DNA of 64,000 bases, from NCBI GenBank assembly GCA_964604515.1, contig CAZRZA010000001.1, positions 16,243-80,242 on the forward strand. Reading direction: 5' to 3'. Made by a program: the position numbers and the translations under genes. Numbering within the stretch: position 1 is the stretch's first letter; every line of letters starts with the position of its first letter. The notes below the pieces were generated by a model. It did no database searches, had not been told where the DNA came from, and saw only the letters and a program-made list of their open reading frames with translations. This document shows, in pieces, positions 39,867 to 48,990 of this stretch. Origin of the DNA: an uncultured Gammaproteobacteria bacterium. Its GTDB lineage: Bacteria > Patescibacteriota > Patescibacteriia > UBA1558 > GWA2-36-10.

Positions 39867-40618
39867 TCTCTTAAAATAATTAGAGCGCTCTTTAGTCCTG
39901 TATTAGTATAGGACTTTTCTATATCCCAATCTGCAATAGAATTTAATAAATTATCTGTAGTATAAATAAAGTTCTCGCCTCTTTTAGTACCCGGATCATT
40001 AGTAATAAACTTATTATCTAAATAACCCCTAATAACTAACATATGGTACTCTGGGCCACCATTATTAAAATAAGAATTATTTAATTCCTTGCCATTAGCC
40101 GGAACAATAAGAGGAAGTCCCCTGTCTAAATAATCTTTTATTTTAACTACATTTAAATTAGTAACAATCTCTGTTTTATAATTATAATACTCTTCTACAA
40201 ATTCTTTTAACTTAATAATTGGTAAATTGAAATGACCTCCCCAATTTTCTTCTTGCCAAATTACCATTTCTTGAAAAATAAACTCTCTTTCTTCAAGAGA
40301 GGGTAGTTCTTTTTCTTGATAATAATAATCTACCATCAATACAGAGGCCTCCTCACAGGCATCTTGATATGGTTGCTCCCAATTAGCAGTTGGAGCTTGA
40401 GAAGTAAAAGGAATATTAAGATTAATTTCTTTTTTATTATCTTTTAATTCTTCCTCTATGACCAGAGTATCGTCTTTGTTAATATTTTTATTACTAGAAA
40501 AATCTTCATAGTCTAAAGAAGGTGGTAAAGAAATTTCTTCTCTAATAATATCTTTATCTAATAAAGTATAGGTGATTAGAATTATAATAAATAAAAGTAA
40601 TATTTTTTTCATAATCAT
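39863..40618 (-). CDS. Peptidase C39-like family secreted protein
   Basis: IPFTSQAPTANW...DACEEAS, YHMLVIRGY, ITNDPGT. Confidence 0.88.
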   Translation of the reverse strand: MIMKKILLLFIIILITYTLLDKDIIREEISLPPSLDYEDFSSNKNINKDDTLVIEEELKDNKKEINLNIPFTSQAPTANWEQPYQDACEEASVLMVDYYYQEKELPSLEEREFIFQEMVIWQEENWGGHFNLPIIKLKEFVEEYYNYKTEIVTNLNVVKIKDYLDRGLPLIVPANGKELNNSYFNNGGPEYHMLVIRGYLDNKFITNDPGTKRGENFIYTTDNLLNSIADWDIEKSYTNTGLKSALIILRD

Positions 40619-40621
40619 ATT

Positions 40622-40768
40622 AAAAAAATAAGGGGTCGATTAAACATGAAAATCAACCCCCAAGCGACGATAACCCACTCGCCTATTCCAATCATGCCAA
40701 CGATCCTTGTTCTAATTTTCCTCCCAGAACGTTAATCGTAATGATTAGAGTTTTTTAAATGTTCTATA
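40622..40768 (-). ncRNA. Candidate boxA-like-led structured small RNA (~145 nt)
   Basis: Promoter TTGATT..TGGTATAT; nested stems tctaatcat/atgattgga, acgat/atcgt, gttct/agaac; aggcga/tcgctt; terminator ggggttgatt/aatcgacccc + T-run. Confidence 0.55.
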
Positions 40769-40863
40769 TAATATATATACCATATACTATATTAATAATC
40801 AAATAAAAAAGGACCAATCAATTGGTCCTTAGCAGTTTCTTTCTAATTAAGATTAAATCTTAA

Positions 40864-41022
40864 TTAGAGCGGATTAGTGTTCATTGAGCCTACAATTTTA
40901 TTTAAAACAATCAATACTGTTCTAAAAAGTTCAATGATTAAATGAGCTAAACCCGGAGCAAATACCTTAAACAACATAATTAAAAATATAATATTAAAAC
41001 ATCCAAATAATGATTTAAACAT
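40864..41022 (-). CDS. 52-aa hydrophobic small protein (not in ORF track)
   Basis: MFKSLFGCFNIIFLIMLFKVFAPGLAHLIIELFRTVLIVLNKIVGSMNTNPL; followed by terminator aaggaccaat/attggtcctt + T-run (40805-40830). Confidence 0.55.
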   Translation of the reverse strand: MFKSLFGCFNIIFLIMLFKVFAPGLAHLIIELFRTVLIVLNKIVGSMNTNPL

Positions 41023-41345
41023 ATTTTTAAACTTAGTTTCAAAGCCTTAGAAAATATTAGGATTACGACTATATTCCTAAGACATTGATTGTCTAAGATA
41101 TTCTCTTCAGGCAGGTAAGATCAACACTTTAATCTCACTATACTGAAGAGAATAATGTTTTAAAGAACTGCTTAGTTAATATATATCATTCAATGCTTTT
41201 TGTGTCAATATTAAGCCTAAGAAAAGTTAAGCAAAAAATTATTTATTAATAATATTGAGCCCCCGCTTATTAATATTATTAACCAAAAAGAGACTAATTA
41301 TGTTAAAATTCTCAAATGCTTTTCTTAGGCAATTTAAACTTAATA

Positions 41346-41762
41346 CTATTTTATTATTTTGTCAAATTTAAACTCATAATATATTAATATACAAATACCA
41401 ATAAATATATAAGTATCACTTAAATTAAAAACTGTAAAATATGGTATGTCTATAAAGTCTATGACACCCTGATAATGAAAACGATCTATAATATTACTAA
41501 GAGCTCCTATTAATACTAAAGACCAGGGCCAAAGAAAAACACTCTTTTTTCTATAATATTTTAAACAAGTCAATAATAAAAATATTAATAAAATAAATAA
41601 TAAAGGATAAAGAATATAGAATGGTAATTCTAAAGAAAAAGAAATATTCTTATTCAAATGTAAACTAAAAAAGTTACCTAATGATAACTTTTTAATAAAA
41701 TAAACTTTAGTTAATCTATCTATTAAGAATAATAAAAAAAATATTAAGTAATGTTTTTTCAT
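41346..41762 (-). CDS. lspA: Lipoprotein signal peptidase (SPase II)
   Basis: DRLTK, NKNISFS, GALSNIIDR...VIDFI...VFNLSD. Confidence 0.9.
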   Translation of the reverse strand: MKKHYLIFFLLFLIDRLTKVYFIKKLSLGNFFSLHLNKNISFSLELPFYILYPLLFILLIFLLLTCLKYYRKKSVFLWPWSLVLIGALSNIIDRFHYQGVIDFIDIPYFTVFNLSDTYIFIGICILIYYEFKFDKIIK

Positions 41763-42127
41763 TATAAAGATTTTTTCTTACAATCCATACAAGCTGTAGC
41801 AGAAGGAAAAGCTTTTAATCTTTTTTCGGCAATTGATGACTGACACTTCTCACAAAGACCATAATTACCTTTTTTAATTTTTTTCAAAGCTTTATTAACA
41901 TTATATAAAGAAACTTCCATTGTTTTCTCTAAAGAAAGGTTTTTCTCAAAAGCAGCTACCTCGGCTGCATTCTCATCATCCTTACTACCAAATTCTGGAA
42001 ACTTAGCATTATAATCATTTTCAGCAACCTGAACAGCATCAATATCTAATTCCTTTATTAATTCTTCGCGACGCTTAAGAAGGTCTTTTTCAATTTCTTT
42101 TGTAAATTTAACTGTTATTTTTTTCAT
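41762..42127 (-). CDS. DksA/TraR family C4 zinc-finger protein
   Basis: DENAAEV coiled-coil tip, YGLCEKC..I...RLKAFPSATACMDC. Confidence 0.9.
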   Translation of the reverse strand: MKKITVKFTKEIEKDLLKRREELIKELDIDAVQVAENDYNAKFPEFGSKDDENAAEVAAFEKNLSLEKTMEVSLYNVNKALKKIKKGNYGLCEKCQSSIAEKRLKAFPSATACMDCKKKSL

Positions 42128-42664
42128 AATTCTTATCTTAAATACTAAGTTATTCTAGCAAATAAATAGGTAAAAATCAAGACAAAAATAAAAGACGCAA
42201 CGTGCATCTCATTTTTTTAAATTATATAGATAGTTGCGTCTTAGTGACTGAAGAAAAACTATTTTTCAACTTAAGTAAGTTAAAGTTAATAAAATAATAT
42301 TTATTTTTCAATCATTAAATTGCTTACCCTGACTATAAGCTAATACACTCTACCGTTCATGGCATTGATCTCCATTCTTTTTGATGAAAATAAGCCTTTT
42401 TATTATTTTTATTTTTGTTTTCCTGAAAGACAGTCAGTTTATCTTTCTTTTTTTATATAAACAGTAAAATGCAAAGAGCTATATACTAATTTATTTAATA
42501 TACAATTCTTTTCTTTTTTAAGGTACCTCTTTATCAACATACTAAGTATATCACATATAAAGGTAAAAGTCAATAATATATTATAGCTAACTTTAGCTAA
42601 AATATAAATATATTTAAATATTAATTGACAATGTTGTCAAAAATAAGCCTAAGCTATCGACAAG

Positions 42665-42673
42665 TTATCCACA
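42665..42673 (+). promoter_or_regulatory. Perfect DnaA box (single)
   Basis: TTATCCACA in intergenic DNA. Confidence 0.4.
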
Positions 42674-42677
42674 ATAC

Positions 42678-43958
42678 TTAAAAACAAAGCTTCCAACCCT
42701 CACTAACATAGTCATTATAGTGAATTAAATTAATAGTCTCTAAATCATTATCTTCTAAGTACTCCCTTATTAAGGCACTGCTTATCTCTTTACTCTTTAT
42801 ATAGATTAAATTATTAATTTTATAATTAACTTCTCCTAAACAAGAATAAATAATGTCATTTATATTGGTACTACTTTTTATAATATCCTTAATCATACCC
42901 TCTTCATTACTTAAATAATAATATTGTTTTGATTTTAGTCCCCAGAAACCATCTATGCCCCAATATTCTGTTTCTAAATACATATTATTAATAATATTTT
43001 GATTTTCTTTTTGTCTTAATTCAGTATAAGCAGTGCCATCTGGTAAAATATTAGAAAATTCCTCTACTTCTATATTATCTATTAAGTTATTAACTATTAA
43101 CTTCCAATCTGAGGTAGAGATTAATAAATAATTATTATCTTTTTGTAATAATATTATATTTTCTAAAATATTATTTAAATTTAAACTATGATGAGGCAGG
43201 GAATCATATAAAGATATTAATAGATTATTTAAAATATTTTTATCTTTAGCTATATTTTTAATAATAGTTAGTAAATCAAAATTATTTAGTACCTTAATTG
43301 ATCCTAAGTCTATATTTTCTTCTTTATTATTTTTTTCTAAAAATAAGTTAATGCTCTTATTATTTAAATTAATAAAAACACCCTCTTTATTATCTAATAT
43401 AGGATTAACGAATACTATTAAGTCTTTTAAAAAATCCGGAATACTATTTTTCCAATAAATATTTATTCCATCTCTTTGATTATTAATTCTAAAGTCAGAT
43501 ATTAAATACTTAGGTAAAATATTTAATAACTCTTCTTCCTTAGTTATATAAAGAATATAATATTGTTCAACTTTAAAAAAATATTCAGGATTATTTTTAA
43601 TTAACCCTTCTAAATATTCTTTTTTTATTTTTTGAGAGAATTTAATTAAATAATTATCTTCTTCTTTTGTTTTAAACCAAATAATATCTTCTATTTCATT
43701 ATTAATTATACTTAAAATTTTATTCTTATGACTATTAGGTATACTGTCATCAAATATTTTAATATTGACCTTTTCTTTGTCTGTCCATTCATAATAAAAA
43801 GAAGTTTCTTTTGGTAAAAAGTCTCGAGCATTGATATCTGGTTCTAAAGAATAGAAATAAATTAAAAAGAAGATAAAAATAGCTAAAATAATTAAGTATA
43901 ATATTTTAAACCTATTATCTTCTTTTTTTCTTTTTATAAAATGTAAGAAATTTTGCAC
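42678..43958 (-). CDS. Hypothetical membrane-anchored protein
   Basis: 426-aa ORF with N-terminal TM; LPDGTAYTEL motif. Confidence 0.7.
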   Translation of the reverse strand: MQNFLHFIKRKKEDNRFKILYLIILAIFIFFLIYFYSLEPDINARDFLPKETSFYYEWTDKEKVNIKIFDDSIPNSHKNKILSIINNEIEDIIWFKTKEEDNYLIKFSQKIKKEYLEGLIKNNPEYFFKVEQYYILYITKEEELLNILPKYLISDFRINNQRDGINIYWKNSIPDFLKDLIVFVNPILDNKEGVFINLNNKSINLFLEKNNKEENIDLGSIKVLNNFDLLTIIKNIAKDKNILNNLLISLYDSLPHHSLNLNNILENIILLQKDNNYLLISTSDWKLIVNNLIDNIEVEEFSNILPDGTAYTELRQKENQNIINNMYLETEYWGIDGFWGLKSKQYYYLSNEEGMIKDIIKSSTNINDIIYSCLGEVNYKINNLIYIKSKEISSALIREYLEDNDLETINLIHYNDYVSEGWKLCF

Positions 43959-43972
43959 TTTATTGTAAAAAA

Positions 43973-46120
43973 TTATTTATCTTCTTCTTTTGGTAATAAT
44001 TCTTTAATAGATAATTCTATTCTATTCTTTTCTTTATCAACTCCCATTACTTTTACTTTAACGATATCATTTTCTTTAATATAGTCTGTAACTTTTTCAA
44101 TTCTCTTATGAGCAATATTAGAAATATGAACCATACCATCTTTGCCTGGTAATAACTCAACAATAGCCCCTATTTCATTTCCTCTATTCTTGTCTGTAAT
44201 AATTTTTAAGACTTTACCTTCATAAATTTCACCAATTTCTATTTCTTTTACTATATTTTCAATCCATTCTCTAGCTTTCTTTGCTCCCTCGCCATCAGTA
44301 CTGGTAATCATTACTAAACCGTCTTGTTCAATATCAATATTAACATTACATTTTTCTATAATTTCATTTATTACTTTACCTCCCGGACCAATAATATCTC
44401 TAATCTTATCTTGGTCAATTCTCATACTATCAATACGAGGAGCATGAGCAGATAAATCACTACGAGGGCCTTCTATGGCCTTATTCATAACTTCCAATAT
44501 CTTTTCTCTACCTACCTTAGCTTTTATCAATGTTTCAGAAACAATATCGTAGCTAATACCACCTAATTTAATATCTAATTGTATAGCTGTAATACCTTCT
44601 TTAGTGCCAGCTACCTTAAAGTCCATATGACCTGCATGATCTTCTATTCCCTGAATATCTGTTAGTATTGCATATTTACTATTATCATCAGCAACAACTA
44701 ATCCCATAGCAACTCCAGCTACTGGAGTTTTAAGGGGAACACCTGCATCCATTAATGATAAAGAAGAGCCACAAATAGAAGCTTGTGAAGAGGAGCCATT
44801 TGATCCTAAGACCTCAGAAACAACTCTAATTGTATAAGGAAAGCTCTCATTATCTGGTAAAACAGGTAATAAAGCTTTCTCTGCTAAGGCACCATGTCCT
44901 ATATCACGACGACTAGGACCTCTTAAAGGCTTTACTTCTCCAACAGAGTATCCGGGAAAGTTATAATGATGCATATACTTCTTGGCTCCTGACTCTTCCA
45001 TGGTATCTAGAGTTAACTCGTCTCCTGGAGAACCTAAAGTAACCACAGACAATACTTGGGTTTCACCTCTACTAAACAAACCACTGCCATGAGTTCTTGG
45101 TAATAAACCAACCTCAGCAGATAAGCTTCTTATTTCATCTAAAGATCTATTATCTGGTCTATTACTTTTTTCTAAAACTAAAACTTTAAAAGATTTCTCT
45201 AAAGACTCATCTAAGATACTTAAACCAAAAGATCTCATGTCTTTAGAGACATCACTATCTTCTTTTAACATTTCATTTAGTTCTGTTTTGATTTTTTCTA
45301 TAGCTAATTTCATTTTAGACTTATCAGGATTAAAACAAGAGCTTAAGTCTTGAGAGTCTAAGAATTGATGTACTTTCTTGCTAATAATATTCTTTATTTC
45401 TTCTTTTTCCTCATCCTTAGCCGCTTCTTTTTTAGGAAGACCTACTTCTTTTATAATATTTTCAATAAAAGGAACTAATTTAGCTATTTCCTGTCCCGCA
45501 AATTTAATACCTTCAAATATATCAGCTTCAACTACTTCTTTAGCACCAGCTTCAATCATAATTACTTCTTTTTCAGATCCAGCAACAAATAATTCTAAAT
45601 CACTATTTACTTTATCTTCTACTTTAGGGTTTATAATAAATTTTCCATCCAAACGACCAACTTGAACACCAGCCAAAGGTCCGGCCCAAGGAATAGATGA
45701 GATACCTAAAGAAATAGAGGCCGCAATAATAGCTGGAAACCCTGGATCATTAATTCCATCATATGATAAAACAGTTAAAATAACTTGCACGTCATTTCTT
45801 TGAGTCTCTTTAAATAAAGGTCTAATAGATCTATCTATTAAACGAGCAGTAAGCATGGCTTCATCTGTTGCTCGACCCTCTCTTTTAATAAAACGAGATC
45901 CTTTTATTTTACCAGCAGCATATAACTTTTCTTCATAATCAACCATTAAAGGAAAATAATCAATCCCTTCACGAGGCTGACTAGAAGTTGTTGCTGTAGC
46001 TAAGACTACAGTTTCACCATAGGTAACAGTACAAGAACCATGAGCTTGTTGGGCTAATTTACCAACTTCTACTTCTAATTCTTGTCCAGCTACTTCTAAT
46101 TTAAATTGTTTAATAGACAT
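43973..46120 (-). CDS. pnp: Polyribonucleotide nucleotidyltransferase
   Basis: FPLMVDYEEKLYAAGKI, RLIDRSIRPLF, RRDIGHG, SNGSSSQA, MDFKVAGT, KH and S1 domains. Confidence 0.99.
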   Translation of the reverse strand: MSIKQFKLEVAGQELEVEVGKLAQQAHGSCTVTYGETVVLATATTSSQPREGIDYFPLMVDYEEKLYAAGKIKGSRFIKREGRATDEAMLTARLIDRSIRPLFKETQRNDVQVILTVLSYDGINDPGFPAIIAASISLGISSIPWAGPLAGVQVGRLDGKFIINPKVEDKVNSDLELFVAGSEKEVIMIEAGAKEVVEADIFEGIKFAGQEIAKLVPFIENIIKEVGLPKKEAAKDEEKEEIKNIISKKVHQFLDSQDLSSCFNPDKSKMKLAIEKIKTELNEMLKEDSDVSKDMRSFGLSILDESLEKSFKVLVLEKSNRPDNRSLDEIRSLSAEVGLLPRTHGSGLFSRGETQVLSVVTLGSPGDELTLDTMEESGAKKYMHHYNFPGYSVGEVKPLRGPSRRDIGHGALAEKALLPVLPDNESFPYTIRVVSEVLGSNGSSSQASICGSSLSLMDAGVPLKTPVAGVAMGLVVADDNSKYAILTDIQGIEDHAGHMDFKVAGTKEGITAIQLDIKLGGISYDIVSETLIKAKVGREKILEVMNKAIEGPRSDLSAHAPRIDSMRIDQDKIRDIIGPGGKVINEIIEKCNVNIDIEQDGLVMITSTDGEGAKKAREWIENIVKEIEIGEIYEGKVLKIITDKNRGNEIGAIVELLPGKDGMVHISNIAHKRIEKVTDYIKENDIVKVKVMGVDKEKNRIELSIKELLPKEEDK

Positions 46121-46136
46121 AAATAGTCCCTTTCAC

Positions 46137-46217
46137 AATAATGAGAATTGATAGACAAACCCTAGACCATAATATATTTATTAGCCTAAACGTCTATTCA
46201 CCAAAAACTCATTATAT
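46137..46217 (-). promoter_or_regulatory. pnp leader long stem-loop (probable RNase III-type autoregulatory site)
   Basis: aataatgag/ctcattatt, atagac/gtctat and taggc/gtcta arms form an ~80-nt hairpin between the rpsO terminator and the pnp start. Confidence 0.6.
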
Positions 46218-46267
46218 TTAATTATTATTTAAATAAACCCCTTCTAATAAAAGAAAGGGTTAGTGTT

Positions 46268-46612
46268 TTATTTATCTTCTTTTTTTTCTTCTATCTCTTC
46301 AACGTTTTTAATCAAATCCTCTTCTAAGTCTTTATCTGTTTTTTTGCTAATCTTTAGTTTTAATGTTTTAACTAGTTTAATAAATCTTTTCTCATCTTCT
46401 CTTTCTAAATAACGTAATAACTTATGTCTTAAAGAAACCTTAGCTAATAAACCACGACGAGAAGAATAATCTTTTTTATGCTCCCTTAAGTGATTAGTAA
46501 GCTCTTTAATTTCTTCAGTTAAGATAGCTATTTGAATCTCTGTAGAACCAGTGTCACCTTTATGAGTTCTATACTTTTTAATAATATTCTGTTTTTTTAT
46601 TCTGCTTAACAT
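46268..46612 (-). CDS. rpsO: 30S ribosomal protein S15 with charged C-terminal extension
   Basis: GDTGSTEIQIAILT...HKKDYSSRRGLL...LLRYL; upstream of pnp. Confidence 0.97.
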   Translation of the reverse strand: MLSRIKKQNIIKKYRTHKGDTGSTEIQIAILTEEIKELTNHLREHKKDYSSRRGLLAKVSLRHKLLRYLEREDEKRFIKLVKTLKLKISKKTDKDLEEDLIKNVEEIEEKKEDK

Positions 46613-46743
46613 ATTTTTTCCTTTCTCCTATTACCTAGTATATACTCCAGTTAAGCCCTGTCAGAATAAACCAAGATATAGGTTTCAATTAATTAATACC
46701 AAGCTATATTAACATTTTAATACTATTTTGTCAATGATTATAG

Positions 46744-47859
46744 CTATTTCTGTAAATTATATATATCTGTCACTTCTTGTGCTGTTAAAGCTTTGTTCCA
46801 AATTGATACCTGATCAATGCTAGCGTTAATATTTCTACCACCAGTACTATCTTCTCCGATATATAATTTACTAACACTAGCATAATCACCAATGGTCCCG
46901 CTTCTACTTGCGGTAACCGGTGTTCCTGCATTTTTATAAATACTTACGGTTGTGCCATCAAATGTTGCTACAATATGTGTCCACTCATCTGCTGTTACGA
47001 TAATACTCCCTGTATGAGCCCAAGTTCCACCAACATCCGCCCAAAGCCCTATATTTGTATTACTATTACTAGTACCAAGTGCCCAACCATAACCAGAATT
47101 TAAGTTTCCAACACTTACAACTGAAGACCAAAGACTTGCATGAGAACCATTATATTTAAACCATGTAGCTACTGAAAATACATCAAGCTCAAAAGGTGCG
47201 CTTGCTACTTCAACATGATCGTCACTACCATCAAAATCAATGGCTCCTCCAACCTGCCCCCTCACAATATCAGAGGAGGTCATAGAGCCAGAAGAGGTTC
47301 CATCATAAGCATTTCCAGAATAATCACAAACATCTTCTCCTCCCGAACAAGAATTAGAGGAGGGGTCTTCGTCCATTCTCATAGCTAATACTAAACCAGA
47401 AGAAGGTATATCATTATTATCATATAAATCACAAGGAGTAACTTCTATTAAATCATTGGTCTTAACTAAATAATATCCTGTGCCAGAGGTAGCTTCGCTA
47501 GTTATACTAGGGTCTATAGGTAGAGAAGGTAAATAATCACTAAGCTCTGTACCTATATTAACTTGATTAATACCCCCTAATACTTCCTGACAAGTTAAAA
47601 GATTAGTATTAGTAGTAATAGTAATCATATAAGGTATATAATTAGATAAAGAGGCTAAACTAGCTGGTAAGGCTCTATTATCTGCCGTATATCTATCTAT
47701 GGCTTCTTCTATATTATTAGCCTCTGTTAATCTTTGCGCATCTTTAGCCTTACCTAATCGTTTAGCTGGATTAATAGCTACAAAAATAGAAGCTGCCACC
47801 ACCCCTATAATAGCTATTACTATTATTAGCTCTATTAATGTAAAAGCTTTATTATTCAT
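46744..47859 (-). CDS. Type IV pilin-like protein fused to LamG/concanavalin A-like domain
   Basis: KAFTLIELIIVIAIIGVVA prepilin N-terminus, ARD-like AKDAQR, YLPSLPIDP, then FDGSDDHV...WTHIVATFDG...IDQVSIWNKALT. Confidence 0.9.
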   Translation of the reverse strand: MNNKAFTLIELIIVIAIIGVVAASIFVAINPAKRLGKAKDAQRLTEANNIEEAIDRYTADNRALPASLASLSNYIPYMITITTNTNLLTCQEVLGGINQVNIGTELSDYLPSLPIDPSITSEATSGTGYYLVKTNDLIEVTPCDLYDNNDIPSSGLVLAMRMDEDPSSNSCSGGEDVCDYSGNAYDGTSSGSMTSSDIVRGQVGGAIDFDGSDDHVEVASAPFELDVFSVATWFKYNGSHASLWSSVVSVGNLNSGYGWALGTSNSNTNIGLWADVGGTWAHTGSIIVTADEWTHIVATFDGTTVSIYKNAGTPVTASRSGTIGDYASVSKLYIGEDSTGGRNINASIDQVSIWNKALTAQEVTDIYNLQK

Positions 47860-47896
47860 ATACATAAGTATACTATATATATGATATAATATAAAT

Positions 47897-48682
47897 ATGT
47901 CTTATAAACAATATTTAAAATTAAGAAAATTAAAACCAAATACAATTAAAATATATCTTTGGCATTTAAATATGTTTTTATTGTATTTTGATAAACAGAA
48001 GTTAAATACTATAAACCTTAACAAATACTATAGATATATATTAAATAATTATAAAAAAATAGCTACTATTAATATTCATTTAAGTATTATTAATAATTAT
48101 TTAAAGTATAAAAATATTAAATATCATTTTAATCTATTAAGTTCTGAAGAAAGAGATATTAGAGTATTAAATGATAAACAATTAAGAGAGTTTTTAGAAA
48201 AACCATTGCAAAGAAAAGGAATATTATCCTTAAGAGATAAAGTATTATTAGAATTATTATATTCTACAGGATTAAAAGTAAAAATAATTAGTAAATTAAA
48301 AAAGAATCATTTAGACTATATAAAGAATGAAATAATAATAAATAAAAAAATAATACCCCTAACAGCAACCGCCTGGTATTATTTAGAAAAATATTTAGAG
48401 TTAAGAAAAGATGATAATCCCTATATATTCATTAGTTTAGATAAAGCACAGAATTCTCAAAAAAGACTTAATAAAATAAAACCTCTCTCTATTAGATCTA
48501 TAGAAAGAATTCTAGAAAAATATTCTAAAAAATTCAATCCTATTTTAAGAATAACAACTCAAATATTAAGAGATACTTTAGCTTATAATATAAAAAATAA
48601 AGGGGGAGGTAAAAGAATAATAAAAAAAGCTTTGCACTTTCAAACAAAACTAGGAGCTGAAAGATATTTTCAAAAACTATAA
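47897..48682 (+). CDS. Degenerate XerC/D-like tyrosine recombinase
   Basis: RDKVLLELLYSTGLK, LEKYLELR, LSIRSIERILEKY, ITTQILRDTLA; several catalytic positions altered. Confidence 0.7.
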   Translation: MSYKQYLKLRKLKPNTIKIYLWHLNMFLLYFDKQKLNTINLNKYYRYILNNYKKIATINIHLSIINNYLKYKNIKYHFNLLSSEERDIRVLNDKQLREFLEKPLQRKGILSLRDKVLLELLYSTGLKVKIISKLKKNHLDYIKNEIIINKKIIPLTATAWYYLEKYLELRKDDNPYIFISLDKAQNSQKRLNKIKPLSIRSIERILEKYSKKFNPILRITTQILRDTLAYNIKNKGGGKRIIKKALHFQTKLGAERYFQKL

Positions 48683-48978
48683 TGGCAAATAAATATAAAT
48701 ACTTAAATGATGCTCAAGATACTTTTGATTTTCATAGTCTAGAAATGCTAAAAAAAGAGGAGATAATAAACTTAACTAATAATTTTATAAAAGAATCCTT
48801 AAATAATAACTTAAATATTATTTCTCTAATAACAGGAAAAGGAAAGCATTCAAAAAATGGTCCTGTTATCAAACCATTATTAAAAGAATATTTAAGTAAT
48901 CATAAAAATATAATTAATATAAAGGAAGGTAAATTTACTGAAGGAGGAGAAGGTGTTTTAATAATAAAAATAAAATAA
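48682..48978 (+). CDS. Stand-alone Smr/MutS2 C-terminal domain protein
   Basis: FDFHSL, LITGKGKHS..GPVIK, GGEGVL. Confidence 0.9.
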   Translation: MANKYKYLNDAQDTFDFHSLEMLKKEEIINLTNNFIKESLNNNLNIISLITGKGKHSKNGPVIKPLLKEYLSNHKNIINIKEGKFTEGGEGVLIIKIK

Positions 48979-48990
48979 AAAACTCCATTT

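Noticed and set aside
42183-42540. RNase P RNA or tmRNA
   Set aside because: No GAGGAAAGUCC / ACAGAA.CCGGCUUA pair at proper spacing, and no tRNA-like GGGG...TTCGA...CCA ends or tag peptide.
42575-42677. Replication origin
   Set aside because: Only one perfect DnaA box, no dnaA/dnaN nearby, and gene strand bias does not switch here.
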